Positions 27,504 to 37,323 of a stretch of 64,000 nucleotides of DNA are shown one piece after another. Within the stretch, counting starts at the first letter, position 1. The number at the start of each line of letters is the position of its first letter. The DNA lies in contig CAWHFW010000004.1 in NCBI GenBank assembly GCA_963828735.1, positions 64,001-128,000 on the forward strand, in the 5' to 3' direction. The position numbers and the translations under genes are program-made. This DNA is from an uncultured Gemmatimonadales bacterium. GTDB taxonomy: Bacteria; Gemmatimonadota; Gemmatimonadetes; Gemmatimonadales; GWC2-71-9. The notes under the pieces are model-generated. The model did no database searches, had not been told where the DNA came from, and saw only the letters and a program-made list of their open reading frames with translations.

Positions 27504-29951
27504 ATGGACAGCCTCCTTCAGGATATCCGCTACAGCCTTCGCCGCCTGCTCAAGAGCCCGGCGTTCACCTTCATCGTCGTTCTCACCCTCGCGCTCGGCA
27601 TCGGGGCCAATACGGCGATCTTCAGCACGGTCAACGCCGTTCTCCTCCGGCCGCTGGGCTACGACGATCCGGGCCGTCTCGTCACCATCGAGCACTACTA
27701 CCCCTCGCTCGGGGGCATGAAGGCGCCGGTCTCGGTTCCTGGGTTCCTCGACTATCAGCGAGAGGTCCGGTCCATCGAAGCCATGGCGGTCGAGACCAAC
27801 TGGGCGGCGAACCTCACGGGGGAAGGCGAGCCGGCGCGGATCCCGGGCGCCCGCGTCACCGGCCGGTTCTTCACGACGCTGGCGGTGCCGGCGCAGGTCG
27901 GCCGAACCCTGCTGCCGGGCGAGGACAGCGCCGGGCGCGAGCACGTCGTGGTGCTCAGCTATGGCCTCTGGCAGCGGCTGTTCGGCTCGTCTCCCTCAGT
28001 CGTGGGCCGCTCGCTGTCGCTCAATGGCGAGACCTACGAGGTGGTGGGCGTGATGCCGCGGGGGTTCAGTGACGTGCAGAACCGGAATGTCGAGTTGTGG
28101 GCCCCACTCGTCTTCCGGCCGGACCAGATGACCGACGACCAGCGGACCCACGAGTTCCTGAACCTCGTGGCGCGGGTCCGCCGGGGCGTACCGGTGGAAC
28201 AAACTGCCGCCGAGGTGCACACCCTGGCCGAGCAGCTCAAGCGGCAGTACCCCGATCAGTATTCGACCGACTGGGGCCTGGTGACGACGCCCCTCGCGCA
28301 GCATCTCGTCGGCAACGTGCGGCCCGCGCTCCTCGTCCTGCTCGGCGCCGTGGGCTTCGTGCTGCTCATCGCGTGCGCCAACGTGGCCAATCTGTTGCTC
28401 GCGCGCGCGGCCGCCCGCTCGAAGGAAATCGCCGTTCGCACCGCCCTCGGCGCGAGCCGGGATCGCCTCGTGCGCCAGCTGCTCACCGAGAGCATGCTGC
28501 TGGCGCTCGTCGGCGGCGTGGTGGGACTCTTCCTCGCCTTCTGGGGCGTGCGCGCCATCGTGGCCCTCAATCCCTCCAATCTTCCACGAGTCGAGGAAAT
28601 CGGCGTGGATGGGCCGGTCGCGCTCTTTACGCTGCTCGTTTCGGTGATGACCGGCCTGCTCTTCGGGCTCGCGCCCGCCGTGCACACGACCACCAGCGAT
28701 CTGCACGGCATGCTCAAGGAAGGCGGTCGCGGCTCCGCGGGCGACCGCGGCGGTCAGGGACTGCGTCGCATGCTGGTCATCGCCGAGGTCGCCCTCGCGC
28801 TCACGTTGCTGACGGGGGCTGGGCTCCTGATCAAGAGCTTCGCGCGCCTGCAGGGCGTCGATCCGGGATTCGAGCCCGATCACCTGTTGACGTTCAATCT
28901 GGCGCTCCCACGGGCCCGCTACCCGTCGGATACCTCGCAGGCGGCGTTCTTCGACCAGGTGGTGCCGGCGCTCGCGTCCGTCCCCGGGGTGCGGGCCGCG
29001 GGGGCCACGTCGGTCATGCCGTTCGGCGGCGGCTGGTCCACGGCCGGCTTCGAGATCGAGGGATACCGGCCGCCTCCGAAGCAGGCCGGGCCGTGGGGGG
29101 ACATCCGGATCGTGAGTCCGGGCTACTTCGAGACCCTGCGCATTCCACTCCGGCGCGGACGGCTGCTCGGCGACCAGGATCGCGCCGGGGCGCTCGAGGT
29201 CGCGGTGGTCGACGAGGAGTTCGTGCGCCGGTACTGGTCCCACGAGGACCCGATTGGAAAGCGGTTCACCTTCGGACCGCCGGCCGGCGCCGTCGACACC
29301 TCGTCGCGCGAGTGGATCACCGTCGTCGGCGTCGTGGGCCACACGAAGCAGGAAGGCCTCGATGCCGAGAACAGGATCCAGCTCTATTTGGCGTACCGCC
29401 AGACGCCGCAGGCCATGCTCACGTTCGCCGTCCGCACCGCCGGCGACCCCGCGCAGTACGTGAACGCGGTCCGGCGCGCGGTCCAGTCGGTGGACCCGGA
29501 CCAGCCCCTCTCCGGGATCCACTCGATGGACGAGTTGATCTCGACCTCGGTCGGTCAGCGCCGGCTCTCGATGATGCTCCTCAGCCTCTTCTCGGGCATC
29601 GCGCTGGTGCTCGCGTCGGTGGGCATCTACGGCCTGATGAGCTATTCCGTTGCCCAGCGATCGCGGGAGCTCGGTGTCAGGATCGCGCTCGGCGCTGGAC
29701 GAACGGACGTGCTTCGCCTCGTGCTGCGGCAGGGAATGTCGCTCGCGCTCACCGGCATCGTCATCGGGGTCGGCGCCGCGTTCGGCCTGAGTCGGCTCAT
29801 TCAGAGCCAGCTGTTCGGCATCCGGGCCACGGACCCCGCAACGTTCGGGCTGGTGGCGGTCGTACTGGGAGTCACCGCCCTGGCGGCGAACCTGATTCCC
29901 GCCTGGCGTGCGACGCGGGTGGACCCGGCGGTAGTGCTGCGCGAGGAGTGA
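27504..29951 (+). CDS. ADOP-type duplicated MacB/FtsX ABC permease
   Basis: QDIRY..R.L.KSP, LGIGANTAIFS, LLIACANVANL, ALREE-type end; no ATPase adjacent. Confidence 0.93.
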   Translation: MDSLLQDIRYSLRRLLKSPAFTFIVVLTLALGIGANTAIFSTVNAVLLRPLGYDDPGRLVTIEHYYPSLGGMKAPVSVPGFLDYQREVRSIEAMAVETNWAANLTGEGEPARIPGARVTGRFFTTLAVPAQVGRTLLPGEDSAGREHVVVLSYGLWQRLFGSSPSVVGRSLSLNGETYEVVGVMPRGFSDVQNRNVELWAPLVFRPDQMTDDQRTHEFLNLVARVRRGVPVEQTAAEVHTLAEQLKRQYPDQYSTDWGLVTTPLAQHLVGNVRPALLVLLGAVGFVLLIACANVANLLLARAAARSKEIAVRTALGASRDRLVRQLLTESMLLALVGGVVGLFLAFWGVRAIVALNPSNLPRVEEIGVDGPVALFTLLVSVMTGLLFGLAPAVHTTTSDLHGMLKEGGRGSAGDRGGQGLRRMLVIAEVALALTLLTGAGLLIKSFARLQGVDPGFEPDHLLTFNLALPRARYPSDTSQAAFFDQVVPALASVPGVRAAGATSVMPFGGGWSTAGFEIEGYRPPPKQAGPWGDIRIVSPGYFETLRIPLRRGRLLGDQDRAGALEVAVVDEEFVRRYWSHEDPIGKRFTFGPPAGAVDTSSREWITVVGVVGHTKQEGLDAENRIQLYLAYRQTPQAMLTFAVRTAGDPAQYVNAVRRAVQSVDPDQPLSGIHSMDELISTSVGQRRLSMMLLSLFSGIALVLASVGIYGLMSYSVAQRSRELGVRIALGAGRTDVLRLVLRQGMSLALTGIVIGVGAAFGLSRLIQSQLFGIRATDPATFGLVAVVLGVTALAANLIPAWRATRVDPAVVLREE

Positions 29952-30067
29952 GCCCGCTCATGAAGCCCGGCCCGGTGCGAGCGCGCGGCCGCCGCGCCTC
30001 GCATCTGGCTGAACGCCCGCGGACCGACGACATTACTGCTACCCCAACTCGCATACGAGACCCCAAG

Positions 30068-30484
30068 GTGACAGCACCAGAGGTCGATTCTTCCGTCATC
30101 CTCGTCGTCGACGATGAGCCCTCCGTCCGGCGGTTTGCGGCCCGGGTGCTCCTCGAAGAAGGATTCGTGGTCCGCGAAGCCAGCGACGGGGAGGAGGCGC
30201 TGGAGGTGGTGAACACCGGCGGTGTGTCGGTGCTCGTGAGTGACATCGTGATGCCCCGGCTCAACGGCGTGCAGCTGATGGAGGTGTTGGCGCGCTCTCA
30301 CCCGCAGCTGCCCGTCCTGCTCATGTCGGGGTACCCGACCGGCCAGCTCGAGGGCATGGGAATCGCCGCGCCGTGCGGGTTGCTCCCGAAGCCGTTCTCG
30401 GCCGAGCGTCTGGTGGTGGAGGTGCGGCGATGCCTGGGAAATGCGGACCCGCTCACCCCGGTGCCGCCGGGTGCGGGGGTGTAG
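30068..30484 (+). CDS. Single-domain response regulator
   Basis: LVVDDE, SDIVMPRLNG, MSG, KPF. Confidence 0.88.
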   Translation: MTAPEVDSSVILVVDDEPSVRRFAARVLLEEGFVVREASDGEEALEVVNTGGVSVLVSDIVMPRLNGVQLMEVLARSHPQLPVLLMSGYPTGQLEGMGIAAPCGLLPKPFSAERLVVEVRRCLGNADPLTPVPPGAGV

Positions 30485-30490
30485 CGCGAG

Positions 30491-30958
30491 CTAAAACTCC
30501 GGCACGTCCCGGGCGAGACGCTCGAGCATCGGCGCCCGATCGCCCTGCCATGTCGCCCAGGTCAGCGGGCATGGATCGCCGAACGGCGGATCCGGATGGC
30601 CCGGCCGCCCCAGCAGGTCGTGCAGCATCTCGTGGCGCACGACCATCTCGTTCATCGTCCAGTCCTGAGCCACGTAGATGTGATGGTCCGGCTCCCAGTG
30701 TCCGGCGCAGGTGCCGCTCGCGCACTTGAAGCCCCGGCCGGGCACCACCGACCACTGCACCCGATCGAAGTCGCCGGTCAGGCCTGAGCACGCCGCCGTC
30801 TTCGCCCACCATTCGCGGTAGACGGCCGGGGGCGACATGGGCGAGTCGTCGCCCGGGTCGAAGCCGCAGGCGGCGAGGATCAGGGCGGAGGTGATGAGCA
30901 GGAATGAGAGACGGGACACGGGCCCCGCCGAGGCAACCGTCATGCCGCTGGGCGGCAT
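30491..30958 (-). CDS. Lipoprotein with HExxH motif
   Basis: LAAC lipobox; RHEMLH; several Cys. Confidence 0.7.
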   Translation of the reverse strand: MPPSGMTVASAGPVSRLSFLLITSALILAACGFDPGDDSPMSPPAVYREWWAKTAACSGLTGDFDRVQWSVVPGRGFKCASGTCAGHWEPDHHIYVAQDWTMNEMVVRHEMLHDLLGRPGHPDPPFGDPCPLTWATWQGDRAPMLERLARDVPEF

Positions 30959-31040
30959 CGGCTAACCTCATGTGTGACAACGCGGCTCCGAGCGGCGCGT
31001 GGACGTCACGCGGGCCGGCTCTCTCAAGATGCGAGGCGGG

Positions 31041-32387
31041 ATGACGAGTTACGCACGGCGCCTGGGACTGTTTTCCGCGACCATGGCGGTGGTCGGCGGC
31101 ATCATCGGCGGCGGCATCTTCCGCACGCCCGCCGCTGTTGCGGCCCGAGTGGGCTCGCCGTCACTCGGCCTCGCGGCCTGGGGCACGGGAGCGGTCGTGG
31201 CGCTGGCCGGCGCCTTCTGCTACGGAGAGCTCGCCTGGCGCCGGCCACGTGCGGGCGGGGGATACGTCTACCTGCGCGAGGCGTGGGGTCCGCTGCCGGC
31301 CTTTCTCTACGGCTGGGGGCTGCTGCTCGTGATCGCCACCGGAGCGATCGCCGCAGTCGCCGTGACGTTTGCCGACTACACCGTGGCCCTGACCGGGCTG
31401 CCTTCGCGGATGACGGTGCCGGTCGCCGTGGGCGCCATCGTGGTGCTCGCCGGGATCAACTACGTGGGGGTGCGGCCGGGTGCGATCACGGTCAACATCC
31501 TCACCGTCCTCAAGCTGGCCGCCCTGGCTGGGCTGATCGTCGCCGGGCTCGCGCTCGGTCTGCCGGCGTCGGAACCGCCGGCGGCCGTGCCCGCGGGGAA
31601 CGGCCTTCGCGCCTTCGGTGCTGCCCTGGTCCCGATCCTCTTCACGTACGGAGGTTGGCAGCAGACCAACTTCATCGCCGAGGAGATCGTCGCGCCCGAG
31701 CGGACGCTGCCGAGGGCACTCGTCTTCGGCGTGACGATCGTCGCGGTGGTCTACCTTCTCGCCAACATTGTCTATCTCCGGGTGCTGGGCCCGGCCGGGC
31801 TGGCGGCCAGCTCCGCGCCGGCCGCCGACACCATGCGTGCCGTCCTCGGCCCCGCGGGTGCTTCCTTCATCGCGGCCGGGATCGCGGTCTCCACTTTTGG
31901 CTTTCTGGATCTCGTCATACTGGTGACGCCCCGCGTGCTGCAGGCGATGGCGGCGGACGGGGTCTTCCTGCCACGGTTCGCTCGGCTTCACCCGCGCTAC
32001 CGGACCCCCTCCGCCGCGATCATCGCCGAGTCTGCGTGGGCCATCGTCCTCACCCTCACCGGCACGTTCGCGCAGCTGGTGGACTACGTCTCCTTTGGTG
32101 ACTGGATCTTCTTCGGCCTCACGGTGGCCGGGCTGTCTCGCCTGCGCGGCGCCGATCGGCGCGGCGGCGAGGGGCCCGGTGGGCCTGGCGGCCCTCTGGT
32201 TCCGTGGTATCCATGGACCCCCGCGCTCTTCGTCGCGGCGTCGATGCTCGTCGTCGTCAGCTCGATCCGCGAGAGTCCACGCAACGCCGCGATCGGGACG
32301 GCACTCCTGCTCCTCGGCGTGCCCGCGTATTTCTGGTGGAACCGACCCGGGGCGCCGGTGGCCCGCGGGGCGGGGACCTCGGCATGA
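31041..32387 (+). CDS. APC family amino acid permease
   Basis: IIGGGIF, YGEL, GG.Y.YL, YGGW, AEEI. Confidence 0.92.
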   Translation: MTSYARRLGLFSATMAVVGGIIGGGIFRTPAAVAARVGSPSLGLAAWGTGAVVALAGAFCYGELAWRRPRAGGGYVYLREAWGPLPAFLYGWGLLLVIATGAIAAVAVTFADYTVALTGLPSRMTVPVAVGAIVVLAGINYVGVRPGAITVNILTVLKLAALAGLIVAGLALGLPASEPPAAVPAGNGLRAFGAALVPILFTYGGWQQTNFIAEEIVAPERTLPRALVFGVTIVAVVYLLANIVYLRVLGPAGLAASSAPAADTMRAVLGPAGASFIAAGIAVSTFGFLDLVILVTPRVLQAMAADGVFLPRFARLHPRYRTPSAAIIAESAWAIVLTLTGTFAQLVDYVSFGDWIFFGLTVAGLSRLRGADRRGGEGPGGPGGPLVPWYPWTPALFVAASMLVVVSSIRESPRNAAIGTALLLLGVPAYFWWNRPGAPVARGAGTSA

Positions 32388-32872
32388 CTCGGGCGTACGT
32401 TCCGGCGATGCTGCTGGCCTCGGCGTGCGCAGGGCACCACGTTTCTCCGCCGTCCCCGGCGCCAGCGGTCCATTTCCAGGTGCTCGGCAACGCCAGCCCG
32501 GCGGACACGGGCGCTCCTACATTGCGCATCGACAGCCAGGTGATCACCATCCGCGGAATCGGCGTCCAGGCCGAGGGTGTTGGCCTCTACGGTGATGTGG
32601 ACCTGTCGGACCCGCATACGGTCCGTCTCACGCTGTATGACTCGCTCTCGGGGCGGCCGGTGGCCGATCCGTTGCCACCCGTCCCGCCGTCGCACCTGCG
32701 GCAGGTGCTTTACGAGGCGCGTATCGGCCCGCTGGCGCCGGGAGGCTATGATGTGTGGATCGGGCGGTTCGACGCGAGGGCGCGCATGGTGGAGGTGGCC
32801 CACGAGCCACTGCACATCGAGGTGATGCCCATCGAGAAGCCGCATGGAGGAGCCGGGCCGGACTCGAGTTAG
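32384..32872 (+). CDS. Hypothetical lipoprotein
   Basis: ASAC lipobox; ATGA-coupled. Confidence 0.65.
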   Translation: MTRAYVPAMLLASACAGHHVSPPSPAPAVHFQVLGNASPADTGAPTLRIDSQVITIRGIGVQAEGVGLYGDVDLSDPHTVRLTLYDSLSGRPVADPLPPVPPSHLRQVLYEARIGPLAPGGYDVWIGRFDARARMVEVAHEPLHIEVMPIEKPHGGAGPDSS

Positions 32873-32895
32873 AGGCCTTGTTCTGTGAGTAATCG

Positions 32896-32918
32896 AAGCG
32901 TTTGTAATACAAGTGCTT
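32896..32918. promoter_or_regulatory. Imperfect 23-bp palindrome in an AT-rich island
   Basis: AAGCGTTTGTA-A-TACAAGTGCTT. Confidence 0.55.
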
Positions 32919-33009
32919 GCATGGTCAGTGTTGATGTATTTTGAGAGATGCTAATGGCCGGGGGATGATTCCCCCGGAGAATCTGCGTCACAGAAGGCTG
33001 GAGGTGCGC

Positions 33010-33309
33010 ATGCCATTGAGCAGGGAAGATGTCCGCGCCGCCATCGAGCGAGCCGGCGACGAGCATTGGCGCGCGCTGGTCAGCCATCACGAGGATGCCT
33101 ATCCGGCCAGCCGGCCCACCCCGGGTGAGGTGAGCCGCAGGGAGGCCGAGCGCCTCAACGGCGAGGGATACGGCGACGCATCGCGATGGGAACTGGTGGA
33201 CTCGCGGGTGCGGCGCGAAGGAGAGGATCGGGTGACCCTGGTACACCGCATTCGCGAGAAGTCGAGCGGCACCATCACCGAGACGGCTCCGTATACCAAC
33301 TATGAGTAG
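33010..33309 (+). CDS. Hypothetical protein
   Basis: GGAGGT RBS; 99 aa. Confidence 0.7.
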   Translation: MPLSREDVRAAIERAGDEHWRALVSHHEDAYPASRPTPGEVSRREAERLNGEGYGDASRWELVDSRVRREGEDRVTLVHRIREKSSGTITETAPYTNYE

Positions 33310-35098
33310 GCACACGACCGGGGCCGCGGTCGCCGCGGCCTGGGGCCTCCGGGCCCACCGCGGCACCTCGGCGCTGCTCTCTCTGGTGGTGACGCTCGCC
33401 GTCGCCGCCGCGGTCCCCGCCGTCTCGTTCGGCGCAGGTTGGGCCCCGACGCTTCATCTGCCCTGGATCGTCGAACCGGAAGCGACCGGGTTGGCCTTCG
33501 CGCGGACACCGGCGTGGCTTCGCCACGAAGAAGCGCGACTGCTCTTCGCCGCGTTTTTCGGCGCCTCCGCGGCCACCTTCGCCGTTGGAGCGCTGGGCGT
33601 GGTGCTGCTGTGGGGGGCCCGAAGCGGCGAGCGCGCCGGTGAGATGGTCATCCGGCAAGCGGTCGGTGCCTCGCGACGAGCGCTATTCGGAGCAGCGATC
33701 CTGGAAGGCGCCGCGGTCGCGGCCGCGGCGCTCGCACTGGGGCTGCCCGCGGGTCTCGTGCTCGCACGCGGCGCGGCGGCCGCCTGGCCGGGCACAGGCA
33801 TGACGACCGGGCCGACGCCGATCTCGCTGCTCGCACTGGCCACTGCGTTGATCGTCCTTGCGGGTGCCGCCCTGGCGTTCGTGTTCGCGCCGCGGCGCCG
33901 GCTCACCGACGCTGAATCGCGGCCCCTCGGCCTCGCGATTCCATGCGTGCAGCTCGGCCTCGCGTTGGTCATCCTCGTGGGCGGAGCGCTGATGTCGCGG
34001 ACCACAAGCCTTGCGGCCCGGACGGCTGCGGGGGGTGGCGGAACGGTGTACCGCGGTACGGCCGCGAGCGCGAGCGCGGCCGCCCGCGCGACCGATTATA
34101 CGGCCCTCCTCGAGGCGGTGCGGACCGGTGGGGCGTACGACACCGTGAGCCTTACGGGCAGCGGCTCGGTCGTGGGCCTCGGCACGGTGGGCATCATTAC
34201 GACCGACTGTGGCCTCTGTCGTTTCGGCGGACTAATGGTGCCTCAGCACAGCGTTCCCGCGGCACAGCAGTTCGTGAGCGCGGACTCGTTCCAGGCACTC
34301 GGCGTGCGGCTCGTAGCGGGGCGGGGCATCACCGACGCGGACGACTGGCACGCCGGGCGGGTGGTCGTGGTGAGTCGAGCGCTCGCGAGCCTCCATTTTC
34401 AGAACGGCGAGGCGATCGGGCGGCGGCTCCTGCTGGCCGATGATCCAAGGACGTGGTACACGGTCGTCGGCGTCGTGGATACGCCGCCGGCGGTCGGACT
34501 CGGCGCGACGCTGCTCCCGACGTTTACGGTGTACGCCAGCGTGCTCCAGCACCCGCCGCGCGCGGTCGAGTTGCTGGTACGTGCGCGTCAGGGTGTCTCC
34601 ATCTCGCGGGCCGACGGGGCCCGGGTAGCGCGCGCGCTCGGCCTCGCCGCCGGCGGAGTCGAGCGTACGACTGAAGCGGCCCTCGTGGCCGGCGAGCGGG
34701 CTCCGGTTGCCTGGTTCGCCCGCCTGTTCGCCGTCGAAGGCTGGATCACGCTGCTCCTGGCGGTGCTGGGGACGGTGGTCCAGGTGAGCCTGTGGGTCCG
34801 GTCGCTCCGAGCGGAGCTCGGCCTGCGGCGCGCGCTGGGCGCGGCGCGCGGTCGTATTTTCCGCTTGGTGCTGTCACGGGCGGCGCTCGTGGGGGCCGGG
34901 GGCATCGTCGTGGGCCTGTGTCTCGGTCCCGCCGTGTGGGGCGCGCTCGGAACCGTCGTAGGCGGGCTGCCCGCCTGGGATTGGGAGCTCGTGGGCGGCT
35001 ACGGCGCCCTGCTGGTGGCCTCGAGCACGCTCGCCGCCGTGTGGCCTGCGTGGCGCGCGGTGCGCCGACCGCCGGCCGCCCTCCTTGCGTCCGCCTAG
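33302..35098 (+). CDS. Divergent FtsX/MacB-type ABC permease
   Basis: E..IR.AVGASR, ELGLRRALGA, PAWRAV. Confidence 0.85.
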   Translation: MSRHTTGAAVAAAWGLRAHRGTSALLSLVVTLAVAAAVPAVSFGAGWAPTLHLPWIVEPEATGLAFARTPAWLRHEEARLLFAAFFGASAATFAVGALGVVLLWGARSGERAGEMVIRQAVGASRRALFGAAILEGAAVAAAALALGLPAGLVLARGAAAAWPGTGMTTGPTPISLLALATALIVLAGAALAFVFAPRRRLTDAESRPLGLAIPCVQLGLALVILVGGALMSRTTSLAARTAAGGGGTVYRGTAASASAAARATDYTALLEAVRTGGAYDTVSLTGSGSVVGLGTVGIITTDCGLCRFGGLMVPQHSVPAAQQFVSADSFQALGVRLVAGRGITDADDWHAGRVVVVSRALASLHFQNGEAIGRRLLLADDPRTWYTVVGVVDTPPAVGLGATLLPTFTVYASVLQHPPRAVELLVRARQGVSISRADGARVARALGLAAGGVERTTEAALVAGERAPVAWFARLFAVEGWITLLLAVLGTVVQVSLWVRSLRAELGLRRALGAARGRIFRLVLSRAALVGAGGIVVGLCLGPAVWGALGTVVGGLPAWDWELVGGYGALLVASSTLAAVWPAWRAVRRPPAALLASA

Positions 35099-35145
35099 CC
35101 GACGCGCACATTCAGCGCCGGCGCCAAACGGGAACCCGGTGTCCC

Positions 35146-35373
35146 ATGCCCCAACGCGAATCCCTTGGCCTGGCCGATCTCGAGCTCCTGACGATCCGGA
35201 TCGCGGAAGGTCTCGTGGAACCTCGACCCGGATGCGTCCTCGAAATCTCCACGTTCGTCTGGAACCGGAATTCCTTCGAGGCGCAACACCGCTTCGAGGA
35301 GGCGTGCGAGGCTCACGGCATTCCTTTCGTCGTGAAAGAACAGATCGGGGGAGTCGAGTGGGTGTGCTCCTGA
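35146..35373 (+). CDS. Hypothetical protein
   Basis: 75-aa ORF with globular composition. Confidence 0.55.
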   Translation: MPQRESLGLADLELLTIRIAEGLVEPRPGCVLEISTFVWNRNSFEAQHRFEEACEAHGIPFVVKEQIGGVEWVCS

Positions 35374-35386
35374 CGGAAGTCTTCGG

Positions 35387-35806
35387 ATGACGGCGCAGCC
35401 GCCACACACGGCCGAGGAGGCCACGGCCAACGAGCTGCGGCGCGCCTCCGCGCGCCTCCTGTTCATGCTGCTGGCCCTCGCCCTGCTCGTAGTCCCGATC
35501 ATCCGGGACCTGCCGCTCGGGCACAGCACGCGCATCGGCATGCTCGCCTGGCTGCTCGTGGGACTCGCACTGTACTGGCTGTTTCAAGGCATGGGGTACC
35601 GTCCCCTGCTGCTCCTCCAACTGGTGCTGTTTTCCATTGCGGCCACCATGTTGAGCGCGAAGGTCCTCCTGGCGATCGTGGACGTCAATCAGGTGAACTT
35701 CCTCCGCTACGTGGCCCGGTGGCTGATCATGCTTGGAGCCCTGTGCGCCGGGGTGAACTTGCTCGGAATGCTCGTGGTCCTGGGCCAGCGCCGGCGCTCC
35801 AGCTGA
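35387..35806 (+). CDS. Membrane protein
   Basis: four TM segments. Confidence 0.7.
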   Translation: MTAQPPHTAEEATANELRRASARLLFMLLALALLVVPIIRDLPLGHSTRIGMLAWLLVGLALYWLFQGMGYRPLLLLQLVLFSIAATMLSAKVLLAIVDVNQVNFLRYVARWLIMLGALCAGVNLLGMLVVLGQRRRSS

Positions 35807-35810
35807 GGCA

Positions 35811-36032
35811 TCACCAACCGCGGACCCCGCGACCAGTCTTCTCCTGCAGCTCCTCGATCCGCTTCGACGCCTCCGCCTTCGTCAGCTTCTCGTCCACCGC
35901 CTCGCCTGCCTCTCCCGCCAGTGTGTGGAGGTAGGACGCCTGCGCGCCCGTCATGGGCTCGTCGCCCGTCGTCCATTCGTCCGGGTCCTTGATCGTGTTG
36001 GACCGCTGCGGGTCCCTTTCCTTGCTGGCCAT
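35811..36032 (-). CDS. DUF3072 family protein
   Basis: KDPDEWTTGDEPMTGAQASYL..L, LTKAEAS.RI. Confidence 0.92.
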   Translation of the reverse strand: MASKERDPQRSNTIKDPDEWTTGDEPMTGAQASYLHTLAGEAGEAVDEKLTKAEASKRIEELQEKTGRGVRGW

Positions 36033-36267
36033 GGCCGACTCCCCACTAGAACAAAGGCCGAAGTAGTTCGAAACCGCCCGAGACTCTAACAGGCAAGAAC
36101 CGTCCAGGAAGTGACTTGGATCACCATTCAGAAACACCTTTAAGGGTTGGCGGCTCGCCCTGCGACATCCACTCGGCAACGGGGGGAGGCGGCCCGGGGT
36201 CGCTTTTCCACGGGTTTCGCGTAGCCTTCTGTCGCTCACCCGCCTCCCTGCGCCATCGGAGCTCTCG

Positions 36268-36741
36268 ATGTCCGCTCGTCGATGCACCGCTGTTCTCCGA
36301 GTCCTGCTCACCGGCGTGGCGGTCGCGTGCGGTCGTCCCGGGTCGGAGGCGCGATCCGCCCCCACGGCCGAATACGTGCCCATGGCAGGAGCGGCCAATC
36401 TCCCGTTCTCCGCCCTCGTACGGGTCGGTCCCATGCTCTACCTCTCGGGGCAGCTCGGCACGGACAGCACCGGTCGGCTGGTGAGTGGCGGGATCGGTCC
36501 GGAGACCGCGCAGGCTCTGGCCAATATTCGGGCGGTGTTGGAGGCGAACGGGTCGGGGATGGATCGGGTCGTGAAGTGCACCGCCATGCTCGCGGATATC
36601 GCCGAGTGGGGCGCGATGAACCAGGAATACGTGCGCGCTTTCGCCAGCCATCGGCCGGCGCGAAGCGCCTTCGGCACGACCGGTCTCGCGCTGGGCGCAC
36701 GCGTCGAGCTCGAGTGCACCGCGTTGGCGGGGCGCGGTTGA
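36268..36741 (+). CDS. RidA family protein with lipoprotein-like signal
   Basis: LPFS, YLSGQ, VVKCT, PARS, VELEC. Confidence 0.92.
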   Translation: MSARRCTAVLRVLLTGVAVACGRPGSEARSAPTAEYVPMAGAANLPFSALVRVGPMLYLSGQLGTDSTGRLVSGGIGPETAQALANIRAVLEANGSGMDRVVKCTAMLADIAEWGAMNQEYVRAFASHRPARSAFGTTGLALGARVELECTALAGRG

Positions 36742-36822
36742 GCGCTCGCGGCGGTTCCTTGGATGGCGGGGACAGCCTAATTTGAGGCGTAGGCAGGTGC
36801 CACCCAGATCATCGAGGAGCGA

Positions 36823-37026
36823 ATGGCTACGAAACTGGACAAGACGATCAAGCGTGAGCTCGAGCTCGAGGGCAAGCTCTACACGGTCACGATGTCCCCC
36901 GAAGGCGTGAAGATCACGCCGAAGGGCGCGCGGAAGGGACAGGAAATGACCTGGGCCAGCCTGCTGGGCGGCGACGCCGAGCTGCGGCGAGACCTCAACG
37001 TCTCGGTGGACGCCTACCGCGAGTAG
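36823..37026 (+). CDS. Small hypothetical protein
   Basis: GAGGAG RBS; strongly biased codons; 67 aa. Confidence 0.8.
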   Translation: MATKLDKTIKRELELEGKLYTVTMSPEGVKITPKGARKGQEMTWASLLGGDAELRRDLNVSVDAYRE

Positions 37027-37323
37027 GGCCGTCCGCGCGGCTGGGCGGCATCAGGAGGCCAGGGGCGGAGTCGCGGCGATACGCCTCAGGAGGGGGTTTG
37101 GTGACCCACACCCGTTCCTGGGTCTCTTGAAGTTGGCAGCGACGCAGCGCGACTTCCTCCCGTAGGGCGAGCGTCTGCTCACCGATCTCGGATCGAGCCG
37201 CCCGCCCGCGATGCAGCTCGCGAGCCCCTTCTCCAGGCGGGAAGGGGCCCCAGCAGCACGACCCCCCCACTCGAAAGGCCGAGGGGGGCCCCAGGTTTCA
37301 TCGTCGAACGCAAGGACGGCCCC

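Noticed and set aside
28097..30484. Long Arg/Pro-rich ORFs such as the 795-aa, 754-aa (58999) and 639-aa (17771) entries
   Set aside because: These are high-GC shadow frames; only their terminal parts (receiver, AroA, OsmC) are real.
36093..36106. sigma54-like TGGACGGTTCTTGC upstream of DUF3072
   Set aside because: GG-GC spacing is 9, not 10.
2..36477. 15-nt repeat GACAGCACCGGTCGG at 2 and 36463
   Set aside because: It encodes DSTGR at the equivalent position of two RidA paralogues, so it is not a recombination site.
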